Of a stretch of 64,000 bases of DNA, positions 41,601-53,282 are shown piece after piece (the stretch's first letter is position 1; each line of letters starts with the position of its first letter). The notes under the pieces were generated by a model. That model worked only from the letters and a program-made list of their open reading frames with translations. It was not told the origin of the DNA and searched no databases. The position numbers and the translations under genes are program-made. The stretch comes from Eledone cirrhosa (lineage: Eukaryota). The stretch is from contig OZ024741.1 of assembly GCA_964016885.1 (NCBI GenBank), forward strand, positions 14,074,001 to 14,138,000, in the 5' to 3' direction.

Positions 41601-42391
41601 AGACACTTGTCTATGCAGTGACACCAAACCTGCTAGAGACACTTGTCTATGCAGTGACACCAAACCTGCTAGAGACACTTGTCTATGCAGTGACACCAAA
41701 CCTGCTAGAGACACTTGTCTATGCAGTGACACCAAACCTGCTAGAGACACTTGTCTATGCAGTGACACCAAACCTGCTAGAGACACTTGTCTATGCAGTG
41801 ACACAAAACCTGCTAAAAACACTTATCTATGCAGTGACACCAAACCTGCTAGAGACACTTGTCTAATCAGTGACACCAAACCTGCTAGAGACACTTGTCT
41901 ATGCAGTGACACCAAACCTGCTAGAGACAATTGTCTATGCAGTGACACCAAACCTGCTAGAGACACTTGTCTATGCAGTGACACCAAACCTGCTAGAGAC
42001 ACTTGTCTATGCAGTGACACCAAACCTGCTAGAGACACTTGTCTATGCAGTGACACCAAACCTGCTAGAGACATTTGTCTATGCAGTGACACCAAACCTG
42101 CTAGAGACACTTGTCTATGCAGTGACACCAAACCTGCTAGAGACACTTGTCTATGCAGTGACACCAAACCTGCTAGAGACACTTGTCTATGCAGTGACAC
42201 CAAACCTGCTAGAGACACTTGTCTATGCAGTGACACCAAACCTGCTAGAGACACTTGTCTATGCAGTGACACCAAACCTGCTAGAGACACTTGTCTATGC
42301 AGTGACACCAAACCTGCTAGAGACACTTGTCTATGCAGTGACACCAAACCTGCTAGAGACACTTGTCTATGCAGTGACACCAAACCTGCTA
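35620..42391. repeat. 36-bp minisatellite, ~188 copies, with variant-defined higher-order structure
   Basis: Unit gtgacaccaaacctgctagagacacttgtctatgca, with no spacers. Confidence 0.98.
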
Positions 42392-42623
42392 GGAACCAAC
42401 TTCTAAACCACACAGATTTGATATGATGCTCTGTCCTTTATTAGTTCCAGCTATTTAACCCCATTCAAAGATATATATATATATATATATATATTGTAGT
42501 AATAAAACAAAGGCCCACATCCAGAGGGGACATGATAAGAGTTGTATATACATCATATAAGTATATATAAGGGTTGTATATACATCATATAAGTATATAT
42601 AAACTGGAAGGGCAAATATTTCT

Positions 42624-42737
42624 TATTAGCACAGATTAAAAAAGTTTAACCAAATGATTTCCCCTTTCACCCTAAAGAAGATCCCTCTTTAGGGTAAAAG
42701 CAGAAATTGTTTGCTTAAAATTCAATCTGTGCTAATA
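42624..42737. mobile_element. Degenerate fold-back insertion abutting (TA)n
   Basis: attagcacagatt...ccctaaaga agatccc tctttaggg...aatctgtgctaat. Confidence 0.6.
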
Positions 42738-42748
42738 TATATATATAT

Positions 42749-43062
42749 AAAATACAATATGTAGAAAGGGTAACACACTAGAGAGAGAGAGAGAGAGAGA
42801 GCATGTGCCATCAACAAAACAGGGAAACCACTGGTGTATGGAATCTATAACCTATGGAAGGTTATAGATATATAGGTTATAGATTCCATACACCGGTGGT
42901 TTCCCTGTTTTATTGATGGCACACACATACTCTCTCTCTCTCTCTGGTGTGTTACCCTTTCAACATATTGTATTTTAAAGAGCTCAGGATTCCTTTTCCT
43001 TTGAGCACATCATTTACAGGGAATAACGAGGGTCTATGGCTCCGTTAATTTATCGTGATATT
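42749..43062 (+). mobile_element. Fold-back insertion (~105-bp arms plus unpaired tail) between (TA)n tracts
   Basis: 42749-42855 is inverted to ~42872-42976; the tail contains ttgagcac at 43001. Confidence 0.7.
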
Positions 43063-43108
43063 TATATATATATATATAAAAGAAGGAGTTGGAGCCCAGT
43101 GGCTGGAG

Positions 43109-43247
43109 TTGTTGAGTCTGAGGAAGACGGTGACATTGATCAGGGATTTCGAGACAAGAAACAGATAGCGATGCAACCACTACCTTCTAGTCGAGATATT
43201 GATCTCCCATTTTCAATCAACCATCTGAAATGATCGTAAAACAATAA
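43109..43247 (+). ncRNA. Hammerhead-like motif with a ~100-nt stem II
   Basis: ttgttgagt-CTGAGGA-agacggt..attga...tcaat..accatct-GAAA-tgatcg-TA-aaacaataa. Stem I is partly degraded. A tail with ctgagtgctct (43342) and (TA)n follows. Confidence 0.55.
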
Positions 43248-43457
43248 GCTAATTAACCACTTGTCTCTGACTTTTGTTATATTTTCATTGTTCAATGCAC
43301 ACACACATATATCTATATCTATACTGATCTTGTCTTTTGGACTGAGTGCTCTACCAACTTTGGATATAACATACCAGTTTTTCACTACTATATATATATC
43401 TGTATATATATAAACATGCACAAACAGAAATATAATATATATATATAGAGAGAGAGA

Positions 43458-43597
43458 GAAAAACCACAGACCCTCCATCTCAATTCTACTTTTGAAAAGC
43501 AGAAGAACTGCGAAACCGGTAAAGGAACCAAATAAATATATATTTAATAAAATAAAAAGACTCCAGTTGCATTTTCAATTTCATCTTTTTTCCTTAT
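43458..43597 (+). mobile_element. Solo pLTR of the 14900-16135 Penelope-like family
   Basis: Near identical to ~15993-16132; lies between (TA)/(GA) and (TA) tracts. Confidence 0.85.
43484..43527 (+). ncRNA. Minimal type I hammerhead with a U3-A8 covariant core
   Basis: ttc ta ctt-TTGAAAA-GCAG aagaa CTGC-GAAA-CCGG-TA-aag gaa: perfect 4-bp stem II and palindromic ACCGGT stem III. Confidence 0.75.
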
Positions 43598-43949
43598 ATA
43601 TATATATTATATATATATAATGTGTGTGTGTGTGTACAGTAGGAATCAAAGTAAGAGAATGTTAAATTAACTTTTCATTATTTTTCTTATTTGACAAATT
43701 TTTTCCATTATAATTTGAAAGAATATTTGTAGTATATATATGTCTTGTGCTAAAATATTTTCTATATAATCAAGGGTATACACAAAATATTAATGATATA
43801 CCTTTAATTTAATACAGTGATCAAAATAGAACTCTCTAGTGATCTTTTATATTTTAGGGTAATTACCTGGATTTTCTAGCAACACTTGTCAACAGGGTCA
43901 TGTCACCATTATGTTCCATTTTCCTATCAACTCTTGTAAGATGTTGACC

Positions 43950-44330
43950 CATTCCAAGGTAACTGAAGCCCTCTGATGTAAAGTCGTTCAGATGAAGAGT
44001 GATTGACTCTCTCTCGGCCATTGGAAGGGAAGTTAGCCATTCTAAAAGTGTAATAGCAAGGATATTGAAATTGCATAATGAAACCAACTCATTCAAATCT
44101 TCGAAAAAGGGCGGCTGTCCACATAAAAGTAGGCAATGAGTGGACTGCATGATCCATACAATGTCTATGGGGAACCACTTTGACACAGCAGCTGGAATAT
44201 CTCAACAAATCAGCACTAATTTGGGCAAGGAAGTGTCTTGGTGTACAGTCTCTGGTCATCTGACAAGTTGGATTGAAAGGCCACTCCACAGCGGTCAAAC
44301 GTCAAACCTCTTAGCAGCAATAAAAATAAA
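43950..44330 (+). pseudogene. Tc1-like transposase N-terminal (paired-like HTH) fragment
   Basis: With stops, reads LSLSAIGREVSHSKSVIARILKLHNETNSF..GGCPHKS..D.MI....FDTAAGISQQI....VS..TVSGHL, matching the Tc1 HTH-GRPR-HTH pattern. Confidence 0.75.
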
Positions 44331-44389
44331 ATTGCTAGTCTTGCCTTTGCTGAGAAGCATGTTGTGTGGAGTGAAAAAAACTGGTGCAA

Positions 44390-45844
44390 CACTGATATAT
44401 ATATATACTACACAGATATATATACTACACAGATATATATACTACACTGATATATATATACTACACAGATATATATATACTACACAGATATATATACAAC
44501 ACAGATATATATATATACAACACTGATATATATATATACTACACAGATATATATACTACACAGATATATATATACTACACAGATATATATATACTACACA
44601 GATATATATACTACACAGATATATATATATACTACACAGATATATATATACTACACAGATATATATATACTACACAGATATATATATACTACACAGATAT
44701 ATATACTACACATATATATACTACACTGATATATATATACTACACAGATATATATACTACACAGATATATATATATATACTACACAGATATATATACTAC
44801 ACAGATATATATATACTACACAGATATATACTACACAGATATATATACAACACTGATATATATACAACACTGATATATATATACTACACAGATATATATA
44901 TACTACACAGATATATATACTACACTGATATATATACTACACTGATATATATATACTACACAGATATATATACTACACAGATATATATACTACACAGATA
45001 TATATACTACACAGATATATATACTACACAGATATATATACTACACTGATATATATATACTACACAGATATATATACTACACATATATGTATACTACACA
45101 GATATATATACTACACAGATATATATACTACACTGATATATATATACTACACAGATATATATATACTACACAGATATATATATACTACACAGATATATAT
45201 ACAACACAGATATATATACAACACAGATATATATATACAACACAGATATATATACAACACTGATATATATATACTACACAGATATATATATACTACACAG
45301 ATATATATACTACACTGATATATATACTACATTGATATATATATACTACACAGATATATATATACTACACATATATATATACTACACAGATATATATACT
45401 ACACTGATATATATATACTACACTGATATATATATACTACACAGATATATATACAACACAGATATATGTACAACACTGATATATATATACTACACAGATA
45501 TATATATATACTACACTGATATATATATACTATACAGATATATATATACAACACAGATATATATACTACACAGATATATATACAACACAGATATATATAC
45601 TACACAGATATATGTACAACACTGATATATATATGTACTACACAGATATATATACTACACAGATATATATACTACACAGATATATATACAACACAGATAT
45701 ATATACTACACAGACATATGTACAACACTGATATATATATACTACACAGATATATATACTACACTGATATATATATACTACACAGATATATATACTACAC
45801 TGATATATATATACAACACAGATATATATACAACACTGATATAT
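44390..45844. repeat. (tacacagatatata) AT-rich minisatellite, left part
   Basis: Continues at 48045-48845 and 49165-49340 after the RTE and SINE insertions. Confidence 0.95.
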
Positions 45845-48044
45845 GAGAAGTGTGTCCTTAATGATGATGGTGTACTTGCCATCACTGACGCTGATAAGAA
45901 GGTAGCTTGGAATTGTCACTACGAAAGGCTACTAAATGAGGAGAATAAATGGGAGAAAGACAGTCTCCCCCCACATCGATCCAACAGAGGGACCAGCAGT
46001 GCTAGTTGAAGGTAGTATAATAAGTAAGGCAATCAAAGATATGAAGACGGGTAAGGCGGCTGGGCCGTTGGAAATAGTTGCTGAAATGCTGAAAGCATCT
46101 GGAACGGTGGGACACACTATGGTCACCTGGATAGTAAACCAAGTCATGCAGAATGGGGCCGTTCTGAAGGACTGGCGTAGCAGCATCATCATTAACTGCT
46201 ACAAGGGTAAAGGTGATGTCCTAGATAGGGGTAACTATAGAGGCATTAAATTAATCAACCAGGTCATGAAGGTCACAGAAAAAGTAATAGCACAACTAAT
46301 CAGAGAACGAATTGATCTAGATGAAATGCATTTTGGGTTTGTGTCAGGTAAAAGTACCACAGACGCTCTTTTCATTGTACGACAACTACAAGAGAAGTAC
46401 CTAGCTAAAAGTAAACCCCTATACTTAGCTTTTGTTGACTTGGAGAAAGCCTTTGACAGAGTGCCCCGCTCCATTATCTGCTGGGCGCTTAGAAAACTAG
46501 GTGTTGCTGAATGGCTTGTGAGAGCTATACAAGCCATGTATAAAGAAACAGTCAGAAAGGTTAGAATTAACAACGAATATAGTGAAGAGTTTAGCGTAAA
46601 AGTTGGTGTTCATCAGGGCTCCGTTCTTAGCCCCCTACTATTTATTATTGCCCTTCAGGCTATAACAGAGGAGTTCAAGACTGGTTGCCCATGGGAATTC
46701 CTATATGCAGATGATCTAACGCTCATAGCTGAATCAATGGCTGAACTAGAGAAGAAATTCCAAAGATGGAAGCATGGCCTAGAATCAAAAGGCCTTAAAG
46801 TTAACTTGTCTAAGACTAAAGTTCTGGTATGTAGGAAGGAAAATAGGGCACCGGTCCCATCTGGGAAATGGCCATGCTCAGTGTGTAGGAAAGGAGTAGG
46901 CAGAAACTCTATTTTATGTCCCAAATGCAAAGTATCGGTGCATAAAAGATGTAGTGGGATCACAGGTAAGCTAACTAAGAATATAGATTTTATATGTGGC
47001 CGGTGCTCTGGTGCAATAAGTAGCAGCAAATGCCCACAGAATACTAGCTCATTCCATTGCACAGATGGTTCTATAGAAATAGTGGACACCTTCCGTTACC
47101 TGGGTGACAAAATCAGCAGTGGTGGAGGGTGCTCTGAAAGTACAATAGCTAGAGTCAGAACAGAATGGAAAAAGTTCAGAGAGCTTATACCACTATTGGC
47201 CGCTAAAGGGTTCTCTCTAAAAATGAAAGGCAGGCTGTATGATGCCTGCATACGAACGGCAATGTTACATGGCAGTGACCTGGGCACTGTGTGCAGAGGA
47301 TATACGCAGACTGGAGAGAAACGAAGCTTGCATGCTCCGCTGGATGTGTAATAGTAATATACGTGAACGGCAAAGCATAAACGAACTAAGGGAGAAATTA
47401 GGAATAAGAGGGATCAGATGTTGTTTAGTCGAGAGAAGACTACGTTGGTACGGTCACGTGATGCGCATGAAAGATGACAGCTGTATAAAAAAGTGCAGGG
47501 CGATAAAAATAGACGGTAGCCACGGAGTAGGCAGACCCAGAAAAACCTGGGACGACTTGATAAATTCCGACCTCACACACTTACACCTCTCCAAGACAAT
47601 GTCACTGGACCGAGATCTTTGGCGCTACACAGTAATACAGAAGACCCGCCTTGCCTAAGTACAAAGCAAAACCTACAGTCAGTAGGTACCTCTAACAAAA
47701 ATACACCCCCGTCCCACTACCCCCACCCCATCCACACCACCCCCTTAAATGTGAAGTTATGTTGGTACCACAACATCCAGGCCGAAACAAATGAGGTGGT
47801 GTAGGTGTCACGACAAAAAAAAAACACACAGTCCACGCTGTAATGTGGCCGTGTAGGTAACACTGTAAAAACCTCCCAGTTCCACACTGTAAATGTGGTT
47901 GGTGTTAGGAAGGGCATCAAGCCGTAGAAAACCCGCCAGACAGTCCTATACGAGCAGGACAACAAATCTTGCCTCAAGTGGGAAAACTCCCGTCCAAACC
48001 CATGCAAGCGTGGAAGATGGACATTAAACGATGATGATGATGAT
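45845..48044 (+). mobile_element. 5'-truncated RTE family B LINE (471-aa RT ORF plus frameshifted C-terminus)
   Basis: GKAAGP, NYRGIKL, FVDLEKAFDRV, GVHQGSVLSP, LYADD, RLRWYGHV motifs and a (GAT)n tail. Confidence 0.95.
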
Positions 48045-49340
48045 ACACAGATATATATATAGTACACAGATATATATACAACACAGATATATATATACTA
48101 CACAGATATATATACAACACAGATATATATACTACACAGATATATATACTACACAGATATATATACTACACAGATATATATACAACACAGATATATATAC
48201 TACACTGATATATATATACTACACAGATATATATACTACACAGATATATGTACTACACTGATATATATATACTACACAGATATATATACTACACAGATAT
48301 ATATACTACACTGATATATGTACTACACAGATATATATACTACACAGATATATATACTACACATATATATATATACTACACAGATATATATACTACACAG
48401 ATATATATACTACACAGATATATATACTACACAGATATATATACTACACATATATATATACTACACAGATATATATACTACACAGATATATATACTACAC
48501 ATATATATATATACTACACAGATATATATACAACACTGATATATATACTACACAGATATATATACTACACAGATATATATACAACACAGATATATATACT
48601 ACACTGATATATATACTACACAGATATATATACTACACAGATATATATACTACACATATATATATACTACACAGATATATATACTACACAGATATATATA
48701 CTACACAGATATATATACTACACAGATATATATACTACACATATATATTTATACTACACAGATATATATACAACACAGATATATACAACACTGATATATA
48801 TATACTACACAGATATATATATACTACACAGTTATATATACTACACTGGAGGCACATGGCTTCGAAAGGTTGTGAGTTCAATTCTCAGACCGGGTGATGT
48901 GTTGTTTCCTTGAGCAAGAGACTTTATTTCACATTGCTCCAGTTTACTCAGCTGTAGAAATGAGATGATAGGGAATGGGGTCTCTATCATTCCACTGCAA
49001 AGTGGTCGTGGAGGTGCCATGGCAAAAAAGCACCCAGCACTCACTGTAAATGAGGTTGGTGTTAGGAAGGGCATCCAGCTGTAGAAATCAAGCCAGAATC
49101 AGTTCCCGTCCCACCCTTGCAAGCAGGGAAAAGCGGACGTAAAATGAAATGATGAAAATGATGACTGATATATATATACTACACAGATATATATACTACA
49201 CAGATATATATATACTACACAGATATATATACTACACAGATATATATATACTACACAGATATATATACTACACAGATATATATACTACACTGATATATAG
49301 ACAACACAGATATATATACTACACAGATATATATATATAT
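48045..49340. repeat. (tacacagatatata) minisatellite, right part, interrupted by a SINE
   Basis: Direct observation. Confidence 0.92.
48848..49165 (+). mobile_element. SINE family 1 copy with a small deletion in the tRNA head
   Basis: Reverse complement of 28853-29185. Confidence 0.88.
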
Positions 49341-49343
49341 ATA

Positions 49344-49672
49344 TCATCATCATCATTTTACATCCCCTTTTCCCTGCTTGCAAGGGTGGGACGGGAACCG
49401 ATTCTGGCTTGATTTATACAGCTGGATGCCCTTCCTAACACCAACCTCATTTACTGTGTGGGCCGGGTGCTTTTTTGCCATGGCACCTCCACGACCACTT
49501 TGCAGTGGAATGATAGTGACCCAGTCTTATCATCTCATTTCTACAGCTGAGTAAACTGGAGCAATGTGAAATAAAGTGTCTTGCTCAACAACACATCACC
49601 CGGTCTGAGAATTGAACTCACAACCTTTCAATTGCAAGGCCAATGCTCTAACCACTAAGCCATGTGCCTCCA
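49344..49672 (-). mobile_element. SINE family 1 copy
   Basis: Matches 28853-29185. Confidence 0.88.
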
Positions 49673-49674
49673 TT

Positions 49675-49780
49675 AATAAATTAATGCTATCTTTATAAAA
49701 CCATATTTATTTTATTATATATATTTCAAGGGTACCAAAATTTTGGTACACTCTCATCATATATATATGTAGATAAATCT
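49675..49780 (-). mobile_element. pLTR fragment of the 54.7/60.4-kb hammerhead family, with the core disrupted by a TA-rich micro-insertion
   Basis: Minus strand: (a)TGATGA-gagtgtaccaaaattttggtaccctt-GAAA-tatata-TA-ataaaata. Confidence 0.7.
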
Positions 49781-50130
49781 ACCAAAATATACGGTAGTGT
49801 CCAATCCGTATGAAGAACTCAATGTAATCCAAATATCATGAAAAGAGAAGATCTATTCAAACATTTTTTTCAATGAAAATCACAGGAAAACAGAGTCAAG
49901 ATAAATATATATATATATATATATACACACAACACATATATATATACTGCAAATATTCTTTCAAATTATAAAGGAAATATTTTGTCAAATAAGAAAAATA
50001 ATGAAAAGTTAATTTATCTTTCTCTTATTTATATCGCTACTGTATATATATATATATACATGTACACTCTCATACATGTATACATATATATATGTAATTT
50101 TTCTCTTTTCACATTTTATATTTTCTACAG

Positions 50131-50303
50131 GTAAAAATGCGGAGAGTGACAATTTGGATTCAGCTCTGGCCCAGTGTCTGCTCACCACCGATATTATCGT
50201 CCCCAGTACTCAAGTAAAGATCTCTCAAGTGGACACCACCAAATACATCCATGTACAGCATAATGGTACCTCTGTACGGGTCTTCAGGGAGACTTCAGTA
50301 TGA
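50131..50303 (+). CDS. Candidate terminal coding exon ending in a class I PDZ-binding motif (VRVFRETSV*)
   Basis: Strong acceptor ttttctcttttcacattttatattttctacag|GT; ~47% GC unique island in AT-rich surroundings; phase 1 reading GKNAESDNLDSALAQC...HNGTSVRVFRETSV-stop. Confidence 0.72.
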
Positions 50304-50379
50304 AAACTACTGATCATTATAATATTGACAGCAACAACAGTGATTATCATTTTAAATAATAATAATAATAATTTCTTTT

Positions 50380-50595
50380 TATTGCCATATGGACATTTGA
50401 TAATATATAATGACAACAATGATAATGATATTGATGATAATTGTAATTATACTAATGATAATGGTATTAACTTTTACTTACAAATTTTTATTGCCATATG
50501 GACATTTGATAATATATAATAACGACAATGATAATAATATTGATGATAATTGTAATTACACTATTGATAATGGTATTAACTTTTACCTACAATTT
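50380..50595. repeat. ~105-bp tandem duplication in the putative 3'UTR
   Basis: ttttattgccatatggacatttgataatatataat...ggtattaacttttac occurs twice. Confidence 0.85.
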
Positions 50596-51487
50596 TTTTT
50601 TTATTTATTTAACTTTTTTATTTGTATTTTAAACAAAAACAGAGGAAAATCTAAAAAAAAAAAAGACAAAATAGCCAAAACAAATGCTATTATTTCACAT
50701 TGTTATGGCGGAGGATTGGCAGAATTGGTAGAGTGTCGGACAACATGCTTCACGGCATAGAGTTACGGCCCTTTACGTTCTGATTTCAAACCCCGTTGAG
50801 GTTAGCTTTGCCTTTCATCCTTACAAGGTCGATAAAATAAAGTACCAGTAATACACTGGGGTTGAGTTAATTGACTTCCTCCCTTCCCCAAAGTTGTTGG
50901 CCTTGTGCCTAAATCAGAAACAATTATTTCACAGATTGTTTTAACCCACCTTCATTGACAATATAATGGATGTGTCTTGTTTTGTTGATTTGAAAAAAAT
51001 TGGGGGGAGGGGGCAGGGGATATTTTATATTAGGTTGATTGATTATTGATTATTTTTATTGTTATTGTTATTGTGATTGTTATATATATATTTTTTCTCT
51101 TCTATTTTTTTTTCTTCCACCCCCACCATCACCACTCCACCACCACCATCACTATCAGGGACAACAACATCAGTGACAACAACAATTGTTTTCTTTTTAA
51201 ATATTTGTTATAGTTTGCATATTATTGGAATTGTTGTTAGAGCATTGCAAAAATTAAACACACTCATATATATATATATATGTATGTATGTATATATATA
51301 TACATAGATTGATATTTGTATGTATGTATATATATATATTCTTGCAAACTCACTACCTAACTAAGGAAACCTCTTGTTGAGTCAAACAACGGCGTATGTT
51401 AAAACTATCCCTAGTACAGAGTACTCACAACCTCTAACTGGATTACCTAAAACGATAACTTGTTATCCCATATATATATAATATATT

Positions 51488-52229
51488 TAAAAATTAGTCA
51501 GTAATATACATTACATCTCAATGAACAATATCACTTAAAATATAATTCAGAGAAGCTTATAAACACACATAGAACTATCTCAAATAAGGCTCAGAATTGA
51601 CCAAATAAGTCTCACCCCAGAGGTAAACTTCTTGTCAAGCAACCTAAATCTAGAGGGCTTCACACATTTTCCCCCTTACTGCAGTTTCACAAACTAAAGT
51701 AACAGAATTTGCCACCTCAATCAATTAAGATAGATAGTCCTGCCAGAACGTGCCTGATCATCAGAGAGGATTTCTGTTGCATAGTAAGAGAGATAAGATA
51801 TATTTACCTGTTGCAGGAACCTACGTATACCTGAAATAAAACCAGCATGGTGCACAATAATGTACGTATGCACAGAATTATCAACAAAGTAAAAGTTTGT
51901 ATAAAAGATGAGGAGAATAAAAATTTCACTAGAAATAGCAGTCAATTTAAAAATGTCTCTGAACTCGACATTTAAGGAGCAGCAATTAATAAGTATAAAA
52001 ATTAGTCAATATTAAACATTACATCTCAATGAATGATATCGTTTAGAACATAATTTAAAGAAGCTTATGAATACAAATATAGAACTATCTCAATAAGGCT
52101 GAGAATTGACCAAAGGGAAGATCACAGTAAAATACTTTAATGTAAAGAAGCCTTATAAACATCTCACCCCAGGGGTCTTGTCAAGTGACCTAAATCTAAA
52201 GGGTTTAACAAATGTTTCCCCTTACTGCA
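51488..52229 (-). mobile_element. Non-coding partial-tandem (1.4-mer) PLE/retrozyme-like element
   Basis: Diverged ~200-bp direct repeats 51488-51683 and 51997-52229. The second repeat ends inside hammerhead stem III. The element lies beside (TA)n. Confidence 0.68.
51672..51769 (-). ncRNA. Type I hammerhead motif with a long stem II insert
   Basis: Minus strand: cctct-CTGATGA-(~70 nt)-GAAA-CTGCAG-TA-agggg; palindromic ACTGCAGT stem III and 5-bp stem I. Confidence 0.65.
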
Positions 52230-52772
52230 TTATTAGGTAGACAGATGTACACACTTAAATACAAGTATATAGGTAAAAAGATATATGCATACACATTATA
52301 TATGTATATATACCTACATATATGCATATATATACTAGTTATCTCAATAAATTAAGACAACCAATATTGTAAGAAATTCCATCATCAGAGGAAATTCTTT
52401 GGAAGTAGAGAAAATATTCAATAGATAGTATACAGGCCATGTCCTTGTTGAAACAGCATGGTACGTTCAACACGTGCATCATCCAGCTACTAAATGAACA
52501 TATATCTCTTTGTATATCAGGACAATACAACAAATTTCTAATGATACCAGAAATAGTTCCCCAAAACGTGTGTAAATCAACTCAACAGCCAAGAAGTAGC
52601 AAATATTAAACAGAAACAAATAACTTCCTGTTTCATATTTTCTACTCTTCATTGTTGAGTTGATTTAGTGGGGGTTTCTTGTTACTATTTCTAGCATCAT
52701 TCCATGAAACCGGCTTTTTTAGCTTATGATCCGCAAATTGAGATGTTGGCCCAAGTTAAACATATATATATA

Positions 52773-52824
<52 letters not shown>

Positions 52825-53127
52825 AACACACACACATAAACAGTGATGAAATACATACATGTATGAAAATAGATAGTTAAATTTGACATTGTGTGTGGTG
52901 GAGGTTTATTCTTGTTGGTGAGAATATTTTCACCTTTTCTATTTTATTATTACACATCTCTCACTCACTCTCTCTCTCACTCTCACTTTCTTTCACTCTC
53001 TCCCTCTTTCACTCTCTCCCTCTCTTTCTCTCCCCCTCTCTCTCTCTAATATTTTCTATGTTTGCCATTCTTAGCCTTTTTCTTTTCCTCAGTTCTTAAT
53101 ATCACCAATTTGCCACCACTTTGACTT

Positions 53128-53158
<31 letters not shown>

Positions 53159-53210
53159 ATATATGTATATATATATATATGTCTATGTATGTGTGTATAT
53201 GTGTATGTAT

Positions 53211-53282
<72 letters not shown>

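Larger units (their letters stand above)
43637..50042 (+). mobile_element. Tc1/mariner DNA transposon relic with nested insertions
   Basis: TA|CAGTAG...CTACTG|TA ends, ~100-bp imperfect TIRs (43637-43735 / 49945-50042) and a decayed transposase N-terminus inside. Confidence 0.82.

Noticed and set aside
35592-42413. 888-aa and other long ORFs, and CRISPR-like 36-bp periodicity
   Set aside because: Head-to-tail 36-bp repeat with no unique spacers and no cas genes; the ORFs arise because the unit is 12 stop-free codons.
45936-47351. Possible retron, DGR or domesticated RT
   Set aside because: Ordinary 5'-truncated RTE LINE with a frameshift, 3'UTR, (GAT)n tail and sister copies in the window.
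52372-52400. CTGATGA on the minus strand
   Set aside because: No matching GAAA/UH downstream on that strand; at most a truncated arm.
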